Assembly: GCA_047150005.1 (NCBI GenBank)
Contig: AP038806.1
Coordinates: 1,280,001 to 1,344,000 of the forward strand
Origin: Nitrospira sp.
GTDB lineage: Bacteria > Nitrospirota > Nitrospiria > Nitrospirales > Nitrospiraceae
Direction: 5' to 3'
DNA length: 64,000 nt
How positions within the stretch are numbered: the first letter of the stretch is position 1; each line of letters opens with the position of its first letter. Below, piece by piece: positions 48,467 through 58,237 of this stretch. Below the pieces are notes generated by a model that was not told where the DNA came from, searched no databases, and saw nothing but the letters and a program-made list of their open reading frames with translations. Both the position numbers and the translations under genes were made by a program.

Positions 48467-49657
48467 ATGGCCTATTCCTCTTTCAAAGATGTCCTCGACC
48501 GTGCGCTCGCGGACATCCGTTCGCGCGGCACGCACAAGTCCGAACGACTGCTTCTGAGCCCTCAAGGACCCGAGATTCTCGTCGCCCAGGGCCGGGTCCT
48601 CAACCTGTGTGCCAACAACTATCTCGGTCTCGCCAACCACCCGCAGATCATCGCAGCGGCGATGGACGGACTTCGAACGCATGGATACGGATTGGCGTCC
48701 GTCCGGTTCATCTGCGGAACCCAGGACCTCCACAAGCGGCTCGAGCGGGCCGTCAGCGCGTTTCTCGGCACCGACGACACCATCCTCTACGGGTCCTGCT
48801 TCGACGCGAACGGAGGACTGTTCGAGGTCTTGCTGGATGAGCGCGACGCCGTCATCAGCGATGCCCTGAACCACGCGAGCCTCATCGACGGCATTAGGCT
48901 CTGCAAGGCCAAACGGCTGCGCTACGCCCATTCCGACATGGGAGAACTCGAGTCACGGCTCGTGGAGGCTCAGAGCTGCCGCATGCGACTGATCGCCACC
49001 GACGGAGTGTTCTCCATGGATGGAGACTTGGCCAAGCTCGATCGCATCGTCGATCTCGCTGAGCGATACGATGCGGCCGTGGTCGTCGACGACAGCCACG
49101 CGACCGGTGTCGTGGGTCGTCAAGGGAAGGGAACGCCCGAGCATTTCGGGGTGGCGGATCGCATCGAGATCGTGACCGGTACCCTGGGGAAGGCGCTCGG
49201 GGGTGCGGCGGGCGGATTCACGTCGGGCAAGGCCGAGATCGTGGAGCTGCTCCGTCAACGTTCACGGCCATATCTGTTTTCCAATACATTACCGCCGACC
49301 GTGGCGGCCGGAGCCCTGCGCGCGCTTGAACTCGTCGTGGCCGGCGACGACTTGCGTGCCGCGTTGCGGCACCGCACCGCGTTCTTTCGCGCCAGGCTCG
49401 GCTCGCTGGGATTCCGGCTCATACCGGGCGACCATCCGATCATTCCGGTCATGGTTGGCGACGCCGCACTGGCCACAGCCCTCGCCGAGGGGTTGTTGAC
49501 GCAAGGGGTCTACGTGGTCGGCTTCAGCTACCCGGTCGTGCCCGAAGGCCAGGCTCGCATTCGCGTGCAGATGTCGGCCGTCCACACGACCGGGCAGTTG
49601 GAAACGGCCGTTCAGGCGTTTGCCGAGGTCGGACGGCAGTTGCAGATGATTCCATAA
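48467..49657 (+). CDS. kbl: Glycine C-acetyltransferase (2-amino-3-ketobutyrate CoA ligase)
   Basis: [41 protein letters not shown]. Confidence 0.95.
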   Translation: MAYSSFKDVLDRALADIRSRGTHKSERLLLSPQGPEILVAQGRVLNLCANNYLGLANHPQIIAAAMDGLRTHGYGLASVRFICGTQDLHKRLERAVSAFLGTDDTILYGSCFDANGGLFEVLLDERDAVISDALNHASLIDGIRLCKAKRLRYAHSDMGELESRLVEAQSCRMRLIATDGVFSMDGDLAKLDRIVDLAERYDAAVVVDDSHATGVVGRQGKGTPEHFGVADRIEIVTGTLGKALGGAAGGFTSGKAEIVELLRQRSRPYLFSNTLPPTVAAGALRALELVVAGDDLRAALRHRTAFFRARLGSLGFRLIPGDHPIIPVMVGDAALATALAEGLLTQGVYVVGFSYPVVPEGQARIRVQMSAVHTTGQLETAVQAFAEVGRQLQMIP

Positions 49658-49681
49658 TCCGACCCGCCGCAAGCAGACCGT

Positions 49682-50638
49682 TTATTCTCTGATCTGCCTG
49701 GCGCGCTGCTGCAGGTAGGCATTCCGCACCGCGGTATAGAGATCAAACGTCGCCTCCTCCACCCCTTGAAACTTCTGCAGGTTCCGGGAGCGGTCGTTGA
49801 CGATCTCTCCCACGCGCGCGCCGATTTGCACGGCCGTGCTGGTATTGCGGTTGGCGTGGGAGATGACGGAAGGCACGCCGTCCACCTCGATGATCGGCGC
49901 GAACATCCAGTTGATGGGATTGAGGAAGATATCCCCGACATAGCCTATGAGGTCTCTCACGGTATAGGGAGCCAGGAAGGGAACGATGACGTACGGACCC
50001 GGTTTGACTCCGTAGAACCCGAGGGTCTGCCCCAGGTCCTCCTCCGGCGTCACGAGATTGACGTCCTGGGCCAGATCAAAAAATCCTGCGATACCGACCG
50101 TACTGTTGAGGACGAAGCGACCGACTTCGATGCTCGCCCCCTTCAACTTTCCTTGAAAGATGTTGTTGAGAAAACGGGGAACGAAGCGAAGATTGTAGAA
50201 GATATTGCCGACACCGATCTGAACCAGATCGGGAACGATCAAATCGTACCCCTGGGCGACCGGCTTCAGCACATACTTGTCCATCTGCCGGTTGAATTCA
50301 AAAATCCTGGTGTTGAGCGGCTCCCACGGGTCGTACTCTTCTCCCGTGGCCTCGTCCGGCTTCGCAAACGGATCAAAGATCTCTTCGGCGGATTCAGCGT
50401 CACGGGGCGGCGGCGGCGAAGACGCCGCGGCGAGGACGCGTCGCGAGCCATCGGATGCGGAGCCGTCCGCAATGTTCGACATGCGATCCGGCGACGTTGC
50501 GGCGCTTGCGGCATCCCAGAGGCCGCCGTCACCGGCCAGCGGGCGGGTCGCAGGACCTTCCAGTTCTGCACAGCCTGAAGCGACGACCAGCACGAGCCCG
50601 AGGACACAAGACGCACGTCGAGTGAGCACGAAATCCAC
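49682..50638 (-). CDS. mlaA: MlaA/VacJ family lipoprotein
   Basis: Lipobox VASGC, DPWEPLN, RFVLNSTVG, EDLGQTLG, GPY. Confidence 0.9.
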   Translation of the reverse strand: MDFVLTRRASCVLGLVLVVASGCAELEGPATRPLAGDGGLWDAASAATSPDRMSNIADGSASDGSRRVLAAASSPPPPRDAESAEEIFDPFAKPDEATGEEYDPWEPLNTRIFEFNRQMDKYVLKPVAQGYDLIVPDLVQIGVGNIFYNLRFVPRFLNNIFQGKLKGASIEVGRFVLNSTVGIAGFFDLAQDVNLVTPEEDLGQTLGFYGVKPGPYVIVPFLAPYTVRDLIGYVGDIFLNPINWMFAPIIEVDGVPSVISHANRNTSTAVQIGARVGEIVNDRSRNLQKFQGVEEATFDLYTAVRNAYLQQRARQIRE

Positions 50639-50780
50639 CGGCCTCCTCGATGATTTGTTCGAGTGATTCGACCGGGCCCGTGAACGGGGTCCGGACCATC
50701 GGCGGTTTGCACTCTATCAAAAGTCACGCTGGCCGCCAATCACTTCTTGCGTCTTGCCCCGGCGATCGAGGGGCGAACCG

Positions 50781-51545
50781 TCAAGAACGGACCGCGTCCA
50801 GGGCGAACTCGGCGAATCGGTTGAAATATACGCTTCCGCCGATCACGTAGGTATTGTTATGCCCGGCACCGGCGATGACGTAGAACGATTTCGGCGGCAG
50901 CGAGCCATCGAAGACCTGCCGGCCCAAGACCAGCGGAATGATGTCGTCCTGATCGCCGTGAATAATCAGCTTCGGCAGCGACAGGGTGGGCAATCGGTCG
51001 ATCAGGCGAAATTCCGCCCCCAGGAGCCAGTGAAGCGGAAGACCGCCGTAATGAACCTTGGCAACCGATTCGATCGAAGGAAACGAGGATTCCAGCACCA
51101 GGCCCGCCGCCGGTTTCTGAGCGGCGAGGTCGCCCGCCACCGCGGCGCCGAGCGACCGGCCGAACACAATCAGCCGCTCGGGGCGGATCATCCTCGTTCT
51201 GGTCAGGTAATCATAGGCGCCGATCGCGTCGAGATACAGCCCCTCCTCCGACGGACGGCCTTGGCTGCGGCCATAGCCCCGATAGTCGAACAGAAAGACC
51301 GAAAACGACGACTTGAACAGCCGGACCAGATTGTCGAGGCGGTTGATGACGTTTCCGGCATTGCCGTGGCACCAGAGGATCACCGGGCGGTCCGCGGCCG
51401 CTTCTATGTACCACCCGAAGAGCTTGGTCCCGTCGGCCGAAGGAAACCAGACGTCTTCCAGCGGTACGCCGCTTCGCAGCTTCCAATCCTGGTCGTCCCA
51501 CGCATCGGGGTGAAACACGAAGAAGCGATCAAGAATGCCGCTCAT
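50781..51545 (-). CDS. Alpha/beta hydrolase (ABHD13-like)
   Basis: HGNAGN, DYRGYG, GRSLG, HGDQD, GAGHN. Confidence 0.92.
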   Translation of the reverse strand: MSGILDRFFVFHPDAWDDQDWKLRSGVPLEDVWFPSADGTKLFGWYIEAAADRPVILWCHGNAGNVINRLDNLVRLFKSSFSVFLFDYRGYGRSQGRPSEEGLYLDAIGAYDYLTRTRMIRPERLIVFGRSLGAAVAGDLAAQKPAAGLVLESSFPSIESVAKVHYGGLPLHWLLGAEFRLIDRLPTLSLPKLIIHGDQDDIIPLVLGRQVFDGSLPPKSFYVIAGAGHNNTYVIGGSVYFNRFAEFALDAVRS

Positions 51546-51581
51546 CGGACTCCCATGCCGTCAAGGCCCGTCTGATCCAGC

Positions 51582-52223
51582 CTAGAAACGCAGACCGATT
51601 CCGGCCACTGCATACTGGCAGCGATACTCCAAAGACAACATCTGCCAGTGATAGTTGGCCGACAGGTATTTGTATTCCCCGAAGAGGAAGATCCGCTTGG
51701 TCACGTCGCTCTGCAGGCCCCCCAAGAACTGATACCCGAATGCCGCCGAGCTCTCGAAGTCCTGATCCGAACGGCCGGGGACATTCGCGCCGCTGAGCAC
51801 GCCCTGCGACAGCCCTCCGCCGACCCCGATGTAGGGAATGACGGGCAGCCCGGGATATCGAAGGATGAGATTCGCCATCGAGTTGAACACCCACAGATTA
51901 GTACGCCCCACCGTCCCCGCGCCGGGCCCGGTCGTGAGCGGAACAGAGAGGTTGCTGCTGTTGCCCATCGACTCAAGTTCAATGCCGAGAAATCCCTTTC
52001 CAATGACCGGGAACACCGCCACCTTCAGACCTGCCCCCGCTCCGTTTCCCACACTGGTGCCGGCAGCAGGACCGGAAAGCACAAACGCATCGCGGTTGTA
52101 GGGCCAGCTCCCCATCGCATAGAGACTCAGGTAGACGTCCGTACGCGTCTCTGTTTCCGCCCGAACGGTGAATGGAAAGCCCAAAAGACTCAGGAGGCCG
52201 AACGCCCAGATGGACAGTGCCAT
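51582..52223 (-). CDS. Outer-membrane beta-barrel protein (8-stranded OmpA/Ail-like)
   Basis: Signal peptide, PYIGVGGG, FGEYKY, C-terminal GLRF. Confidence 0.85.
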   Translation of the reverse strand: MALSIWAFGLLSLLGFPFTVRAETETRTDVYLSLYAMGSWPYNRDAFVLSGPAAGTSVGNGAGAGLKVAVFPVIGKGFLGIELESMGNSSNLSVPLTTGPGAGTVGRTNLWVFNSMANLILRYPGLPVIPYIGVGGGLSQGVLSGANVPGRSDQDFESSAAFGYQFLGGLQSDVTKRIFLFGEYKYLSANYHWQMLSLEYRCQYAVAGIGLRF

Positions 52224-52280
52224 AACAGACGTCGGAGGCAGGCGGCCGCGAGACGGCTGTCTCGGCAGCTCAGAAATCAG

Positions 52281-52321
52281 AAAAAGGAAGGGGCCCTTAG
52301 GAGAACGCTCCCAAAGGCCCC
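52281..52321 (-). terminator. Intrinsic terminator after TRL-like gene
   Basis: GGGGCC...GGCCCC stem followed by TTCCTTTTT on the minus strand. Confidence 0.6.
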
Positions 52322-52344
52322 GACATCCGAATCAACGGGTCAAA

Positions 52345-52674
52345 TCAGCTGCCCTTCACGATCGTGCAGTAGTCGGCCACGATTCCGAGGATGTTCTTGG
52401 CCGTGTGGTCGACGTGCGAGACTGTGGTGATTCCTCCGGCTGCCTTGGCGGCCGTCAAGCTGGCATCACCGGTCGCAACCCATCCGAGAATGGTCTGGGC
52501 GCAAGCCTTGCCTTCCTTCGTGGCTGCCGTGGCGGTGGTCGCCATGAAACCGTACTTGACTTCGGTGAAGATGATACCGGTCACCGGCGACGCAACCGGC
52601 ATACAACCGGCCAAGCTCAGACCGAATGCCGTGACGAATGCGGCGGACAAGAGTACATATGCCTTCTTCTTCAT
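52345..52674 (-). CDS. TRL-like family lipoprotein
   Basis: AAAGGAGG RBS, lipobox LAGC, KEGKACAQTILG..ATGDAS, GGITTVSHVD, YCTIVKG. Confidence 0.85.
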   Translation of the reverse strand: MKKKAYVLLSAAFVTAFGLSLAGCMPVASPVTGIIFTEVKYGFMATTATAATKEGKACAQTILGWVATGDASLTAAKAAGGITTVSHVDHTAKNILGIVADYCTIVKGS

Positions 52675-52751
52675 GGGTCCTCCTTTGAAAAGGAAAGTTG
52701 AGTAATGTGTGACGCCCCGAGGAAACCTCGTCATGGAAATCACCGAGCGCG

Positions 52752-52780
52752 AGTATATTCGGACTTGTCTCCAGTGTCAA
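52752..52780 (-). promoter_or_regulatory. Near-consensus sigma70 promoter of TRL-like gene
   Basis: TTGACA-N17-TATACT. Confidence 0.8.
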
Positions 52781-52834
52781 TTTTTTCAGACTCGAAACGG
52801 CCCGGTGTCCCGAGCTTCGTGCGGTCATGCCCTC

Positions 52835-54856
52835 TCAGAAAAATCCCTGAACCGAGAAGACCACGTCGTTGTCCTGATCGCGGTGACGATATTCCAGGCG
52901 CAATGCCACGTTCTGGGACAGCGTGACCCGTTGCCCGACGAACCACCGTATGTCATCGGACTTGTCGCCGAGCGGGTACTTGAAATAGCTTCCTGATGCC
53001 AGCATCTTCCATCGCTCGGTCAGATCTGCCAGAAACCCCGCCGTGCCGCCTCCTCCGGCCCGATACCGGTCCTCATACGCTACGCTGTAGTTGGCCTCGA
53101 CTTCCGCAAACGCAAAAAACACTTCTCGACGGAGCCACTTGGACTCCAGGGCCCCTCCGACCCCTCCACCGACCACACCGTTGCTGCAGAGTTGGCACCC
53201 GTTGAACTTGATCGTGTTCATCCCAAGGTCGAACTTCCACGAAGGCGAATGAAAGACCGAATCGATCGGCGACAGCGACACAATGTTCGCCAGCGTGACG
53301 CGCTCGATCCTCGCCTGATCAGCCCGGTTGTAATAGCGGGCGGTGACCGATGCCAGTTCGATCTGCGCATCCGGGGTATAGCCCGGCTCCGGATCGAGCA
53401 AGTCATGATAGCCGGCTCGCACGGCCAATTCCTCGAAGGTGTCGTTGTTGCGCCACCCGCCTCCAAGGGAGGCTCGTGAGGTCTTGTGCCCCAACTCAGG
53501 CTGCGTGGCGAAGGGCGTGACGGGGAACTCCGGCGACGGAATGTGCAACCGGCTCCGGGCCGCCAAGACCTCCCGGTTTCGTTCCTTCAGTTCGGGAAGA
53601 GCTTTGTCCGTCGTATCCATGCGATAGCGAAGATAGTCGGACGCAAGGTCGAAGAGGAACGCCTGTTGAGCGGCCGGGAGCCGTGCGAAGGCCGGATCGG
53701 TCATGGCGCTCGGATCGCCGGCGATCCGTTGCGCCAAGGCACGCTGGTTGGGCGAAAGCGACTCGCGTTTTCGCCTCACCACGTTGCTCCGCGAGGGCCG
53801 ATACGTCACGCTGGTGACCCGACCGGGATCGGCGGCGATCAGCCGCACGGTATCGGCCGGAACCGTCCAGAGGTAGAAGGAATCGGTCAGATGTAACGAC
53901 GGGTCGGCATACTCCAAGAGCCACAAGAGCTGGTAGGAACAGTTTTCCTTCAGAAAGAAGTAGTCGAAATAGGCATTGCCCATTTCCCACGCGTGCTCGA
54001 GCAGTCGACGGACCTGCCGCTCCGAGAAATTCAGGCGATATTCCCAGATGTCGCGATTTTCGATATCCCGGTACTCCCGCACCTTCAGATAATAGGGCGG
54101 CGTCAGGTAATAGCCCTTGAACCCTCCGAACAGACCTTTGATGGGATACATCCATCCGGCATCCCGTGGCACTTCGGCCGCATAGTTGATGGTATAGGCC
54201 AGAATTCTGGTTTGATCCGTCTGACCCCTCTGATCCACACGGAGAAAGGTATGGCCGAAGGACGAGGCGGGATTGTTGACGAACGCGGAGGCGAAAATGA
54301 GGGTGATGGATTGGGGGTTGAGTTCCGCGAGCCATTCATCGAAGCGTGTGCACGTTTCAGGAGGCAGGCGCGCGGCGTCGAAGGCCAGCTTCTCCTTCAA
54401 CCACTGATACCGGGCGATGAACGCACACTGCGCCGGCTGTTTCGACCGCCCCACGGCGTCCGCCGAGAAGAAGTGGCGCAAGGTCGCCTCCAACTCGGCT
54501 TCCGGATCGGTTTTCCCGGCATCGGAGAGGAAGAATCCCGGGTCGTCCTGCTCGCTGGCGAATCCACCGAAGAGTCTCGGCCTGTAATGCAGAAGGAGAT
54601 GCCATTCGCGTTCCTCGAAGAGTTTCGCCGAGCCCGCCTGTGCGACGAGCTCGTCGACATACGATGGATCCGATCGTTCCGTCGCACCGGCCGACCATGG
54701 CGACAGCGCGAGGAGAAGAGAGACGGTCAGAGTGCAGCGAGAGACTCGCGATGACAGGCGGGGCGCCCGCTCGGCAGCGGGTGTCCCGCAACACCGAGCG
54801 ATGTCGTTACTTGGACGCGACGGTGGTCGATGCCGGATACGATGCCGCGGCGTCAT
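52835..54856 (-). CDS. DUF4105 (Lnb N-terminal-like) domain protein with C-terminal beta-barrel; start uncertain
   Basis: WHLLLHY, CAFIARYQW, SSFGHTFLR, ENRDIWEY, YFFLKENCSY, terminal Phe. Confidence 0.85.
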   Translation of the reverse strand: MTPRHRIRHRPPSRPSNDIARCCGTPAAERAPRLSSRVSRCTLTVSLLLALSPWSAGATERSDPSYVDELVAQAGSAKLFEEREWHLLLHYRPRLFGGFASEQDDPGFFLSDAGKTDPEAELEATLRHFFSADAVGRSKQPAQCAFIARYQWLKEKLAFDAARLPPETCTRFDEWLAELNPQSITLIFASAFVNNPASSFGHTFLRVDQRGQTDQTRILAYTINYAAEVPRDAGWMYPIKGLFGGFKGYYLTPPYYLKVREYRDIENRDIWEYRLNFSERQVRRLLEHAWEMGNAYFDYFFLKENCSYQLLWLLEYADPSLHLTDSFYLWTVPADTVRLIAADPGRVTSVTYRPSRSNVVRRKRESLSPNQRALAQRIAGDPSAMTDPAFARLPAAQQAFLFDLASDYLRYRMDTTDKALPELKERNREVLAARSRLHIPSPEFPVTPFATQPELGHKTSRASLGGGWRNNDTFEELAVRAGYHDLLDPEPGYTPDAQIELASVTARYYNRADQARIERVTLANIVSLSPIDSVFHSPSWKFDLGMNTIKFNGCQLCSNGVVGGGVGGALESKWLRREVFFAFAEVEANYSVAYEDRYRAGGGGTAGFLADLTERWKMLASGSYFKYPLGDKSDDIRWFVGQRVTLSQNVALRLEYRHRDQDNDVVFSVQGFF

Positions 54857-55123
54857 TCAGAGCTTTTACCATGGCGACGGGAGAGGCTTCACCAGCATTC
54901 ACCAGCGAGATATAGCGCTCCTGCGTCATGGCAAAGAATTCGGGCTGCTTGTCCTCGGACACGCCCATCAAAGTGACCCGGAAAGGTTCTCGAAATTCAG
55001 GCTGGCAAACATGTTGCCCTTGTGCCCGGCCCAGAACTTCCCGCTGTTTTTGCATCCCATGGTCTGGCTGGTGATTCCGAACGACTGGAAGGGGACGATC
55101 GTGTTGTTGGTCGATCGGCCCAT
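54807..55123 (-). pseudogene. Fragmented DUF3015 paralogue
   Basis: 55123-54968 encodes TNNT...FGITSQTMGCKNSG...SLNFENLS then a stop. The C-terminal TLMGV...FFAMTQERY...ALNDA lies in another frame (to 54807). The signal peptide, GCG motif and MAxGxGEHL segment are missing. Confidence 0.8.
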
Positions 55124-55175
55124 TCTCTCGGTCCGCAACGTGTACTCCGGAATCCCGGCGCGAAGCGGAAGCTGT

Positions 55176-55697
55176 TTACTGTCCGGCTGCGGACGCCGCC
55201 ATCAGCCGTTGCTGCGCCATGTCCCGACGCAGTACCCGAAGCGATTCCAGAAGAAGCGCCGGCTCCCCGTACGCCGGGGGAGGAGACTCGCGTTGGACCA
55301 AGGAGAAAAATGTCGCTTCCTCCTCTTGAGTCACCCCCAGCAAGGCGGCAAGCGACGCGAGGTGCTCACCTCCTCCACGGGCCATGTCGTCCATCACATT
55401 GGCATAGTTGATCTCGATGAAGAGACCGGCTTTCTGACTGTCCCAAATCGTTCCGTCATTGCTGCAGCCTGACGTACCGGAGGTGATCGCGAACGTGTAG
55501 CTCCCGGTGACATTCGTGGACGCCATAAACAACTGGGGCGCGATCTGCTTCTTGCCCTTCCAATCCTCCCACAACTGCCTTCCTAGCCCGCATCCAGGAC
55601 CGGTGTCGGGATTGGTGGCGGCGGAATGCGCCAAGGACGTCGGCCAGAAGCTGGTGCTCACGAGAAGTGCGATCATGCCTTTGAACAGAGGGTTCAC
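55176..55697 (-). CDS. DUF3015 family exported protein
   Basis: GPGCGLG, FAITSGTSGC, DMARGGGEHLASLA; GTG start with AGGAGG. Confidence 0.88.
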   Translation of the reverse strand: MNPLFKGMIALLVSTSFWPTSLAHSAATNPDTGPGCGLGRQLWEDWKGKKQIAPQLFMASTNVTGSYTFAITSGTSGCSNDGTIWDSQKAGLFIEINYANVMDDMARGGGEHLASLAALLGVTQEEEATFFSLVQRESPPPAYGEPALLLESLRVLRRDMAQQRLMAASAAGQ

Positions 55698-56302
55698 CGC
55701 TTGCCTCCTTTTGCTTCTCCTTTACTGGATTGGGCGGAATGTCCGACCACGCGGTTGGACGACGGTCGAGTTCGATCGGACGACGCGCGCGCTCCGTCGG
55801 CGGGGCCTAAGCGCTCCGCCCGATCGGGCAACGGGATATGCGCGGCCTGTCGATCCTCGTTTCTGATCGAGAGCAGGCCGAGAGACCGTGGCAAATTAAA
55901 TCGTCTCGGCCCCGCCGAGCCTGGATTAAACAACAACAGACGGCCGATCCACTCGATGTGCGGCTTGTGCGTGTGTCCGAAGATACACACATCCGGCCGC
56001 GTGCGCTCCAGGAAGAGCTGTGCGTCCCGTCGTATCTTTCCGCTCTCATAGACGATGTGCCGCACGGCGATCCGATATCCGGCCAGCTCAATCACCGTTT
56101 CCGCAGGAAACCGTCCGGCTTGTCCACGGTCTACGTTGCCTGATACCGCGATCACCGGCGCAATCCGCTGCAGTTGCTCGATCACGGCGACGTCTCCGAT
56201 ATCGCCCGCATGAATGATGCGATCGACCCCCCGGAAATGCCTTCCAAGGGCCGGATCGAAGAGGCCATGGGTGTCGGCCACGATGCCCACTCGAACATCC
56301 AC
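55694..56302 (-). CDS. YfcE-like metallophosphoesterase
   Basis: ADTHG, HAGD, GNVD, GHTH, NPGS. Confidence 0.92.
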   Translation of the reverse strand: MDVRVGIVADTHGLFDPALGRHFRGVDRIIHAGDIGDVAVIEQLQRIAPVIAVSGNVDRGQAGRFPAETVIELAGYRIAVRHIVYESGKIRRDAQLFLERTRPDVCIFGHTHKPHIEWIGRLLLFNPGSAGPRRFNLPRSLGLLSIRNEDRQAAHIPLPDRAERLGPADGARASSDRTRPSSNRVVGHSAQSSKGEAKGGKR

Positions 56303-56311
56303 GGTGGCTCC

Positions 56312-57433
56312 TTACCGAGAGCCGTCCAGTGAACCCTGCACGCGTGTCCAATCGAACGTAAAGGGTTCGACGACCCGCTTCGGCAGAGCTTTCGCCTCCG
56401 CCTTCAATCGCTCGACGCGTGCCGCGCTCATCGGATGCGTCGACAGCATTTCGATCGGCTCATGCTGTTGTTCAGCCATGCGCTCGAAGAACCGCACAAG
56501 ACCGTTGGAATCGATCCTAGCCCGGTGGAGCAGCCGCAGGCCGTCCACATCGGCTTCGGTCTCCTGGGCACGGCCGAACTTGAGCGTAAGCAGCTCCCCG
56601 CCGATCTGTTTCGTCAGGCCGATCAGACCCTGCTGGTCGCCCAGAAGAATCGACAACACGGTCATCAACCCGACCTGCTTCACGACCCGCTCCAATCCGT
56701 GACGGTGAAGGACATGATTGAGTTCATGGCTCAGGACACCGGCAACCTCCTCCCCGCTCTCCGCTTTCCGAAGGAGGCCCGTGAACACCACCACATAGCC
56801 GCCCGGCAACGCGAACGCATTGACGACGTCGCTTCTGACGACGGTCACCTCGAAGCGGTACGGATCGTCGGGGATCTGATCCGTCAAGCGACGGGTCATT
56901 TCCCGGACCGCGTCGACGGCCTGCCCCTCCTTGACCACCGTCTGGCGGGCGAGAAAATCGCGATAGGCCGTCTCACCAAGTTGCTGCTCCCACTCCACGG
57001 GGATACGACCGACCGCCGCGTTCACCGCGAGATCGGAGCCGAACCAAAGGACAAATCCCAGGGACAGGAGCAGCACGCCCACGGCAATCCAGGAGATTCG
57101 CCGCGTTCGTCGTTTCTGCCGGACCATGGAAGCCGCCGCGTCCAGTTCTCCGGTCACGATGTTCGGCGCCGTCTCCCGGAACGCTCGGATCAGCTCATGG
57201 TCCCTTAGATAAAGCGTTCGCCTTCCTTGTTCCTCGCCCCATCTCACGACGAGTTGATCATGGTCCAGCCCGCCGGCCGACACGGACAGGCTGCTAAAGG
57301 GAACGACGTCCCCATCCGGTCGTAACGGCTGACCGTCAAATCGAAGCGTGATGCCGGAAGGAACGATTTCCACATGGCAGGGCAACCCGGTAGCGGGAAA
57401 TTCGGCGCCGAAACAAAGAGCGTTGGCTTCCAT
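56312..57433 (-). CDS. M48 family metallopeptidase
   Basis: NAFALPGG, HELNH, ETEAD, STHP; one TM helix. Confidence 0.92.
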   Translation of the reverse strand: MEANALCFGAEFPATGLPCHVEIVPSGITLRFDGQPLRPDGDVVPFSSLSVSAGGLDHDQLVVRWGEEQGRRTLYLRDHELIRAFRETAPNIVTGELDAAASMVRQKRRTRRISWIAVGVLLLSLGFVLWFGSDLAVNAAVGRIPVEWEQQLGETAYRDFLARQTVVKEGQAVDAVREMTRRLTDQIPDDPYRFEVTVVRSDVVNAFALPGGYVVVFTGLLRKAESGEEVAGVLSHELNHVLHRHGLERVVKQVGLMTVLSILLGDQQGLIGLTKQIGGELLTLKFGRAQETEADVDGLRLLHRARIDSNGLVRFFERMAEQQHEPIEMLSTHPMSAARVERLKAEAKALPKRVVEPFTFDWTRVQGSLDGSR

Positions 57434-57472
57434 AGGGGTACGGAGGGATAGAGGATTCCCGCTACCCCTTCG

Positions 57473-58156
57473 TCATTCAGACACCGGGATAAACTGTCTG
57501 ATCCAATGGCCGAACCCTCCCGGGTTTCGGCTTTGGATATAGACGACGCCGGGGCCCTGGAATCGGCAGACGAATCCTTCTCCGGACGTGAAACTCGCGA
57601 CCCACCCGGCGGCTGCCCGTTCGACATGGTAGGACGTCGTCGCCGACCATGCGACCAGGTGGCTGTTGTCGACGATGTACTCCTGGTCGGGCTTGAGATC
57701 GATTCGGTGAATTGCTCCAAAGCTGTTCAGGATCAGCGTCCCCTTGCCGCTGAGCTTGAGGATAAAGAACCCCTCGCCGCCAAGCAGGCCACGGCTGAGA
57801 CTTTGCATCTGACTGTCGATCTTCACCGTTTCGGCACCTGCGAGAAACCCGTCTTTTTGCACCAGATACTCATTGAGGCCGTCGAGCTCTATCACGACGA
57901 TTTCACCCGGCACCGTGGGAGCCAGCAGGACTTCGCCCGGCCCTCGACTGGCTCGCAGCGTCTGGAAGAAGAACTTTTCGCCCGTCAGAAACTTGCGCGA
58001 GAGCGCCCCCAGAAATCCTCCCTCCATCTTGCTTTCGACGTCGATCGTGGGAGACGAGGCCACCATTGCCCCGGATTCGGCCTTAATGGTTTCGCCATCC
58101 GACAATTCGATACGGACCATCGGAAATGCCCCCGGATAGAGAATTTCGCTTTTCAT
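57473..58156 (-). CDS. TIGR00266/AIM24 family protein
   Basis: AESGAMV, GEKFF, GGEGFF, VDNSHLVAW, SGEGFVCRFQGPG. Confidence 0.92.
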   Translation of the reverse strand: MKSEILYPGAFPMVRIELSDGETIKAESGAMVASSPTIDVESKMEGGFLGALSRKFLTGEKFFFQTLRASRGPGEVLLAPTVPGEIVVIELDGLNEYLVQKDGFLAGAETVKIDSQMQSLSRGLLGGEGFFILKLSGKGTLILNSFGAIHRIDLKPDQEYIVDNSHLVAWSATTSYHVERAAAGWVASFTSGEGFVCRFQGPGVVYIQSRNPGGFGHWIRQFIPVSE

Positions 58157-58237
58157 TCGTGTGCCTCTTTCTGTTTCCTGTAACCTTTGACGGAGGCGAA
58201 CGACCGGAAGGACGTCGCCGCGACCCCGCTCATTCCG

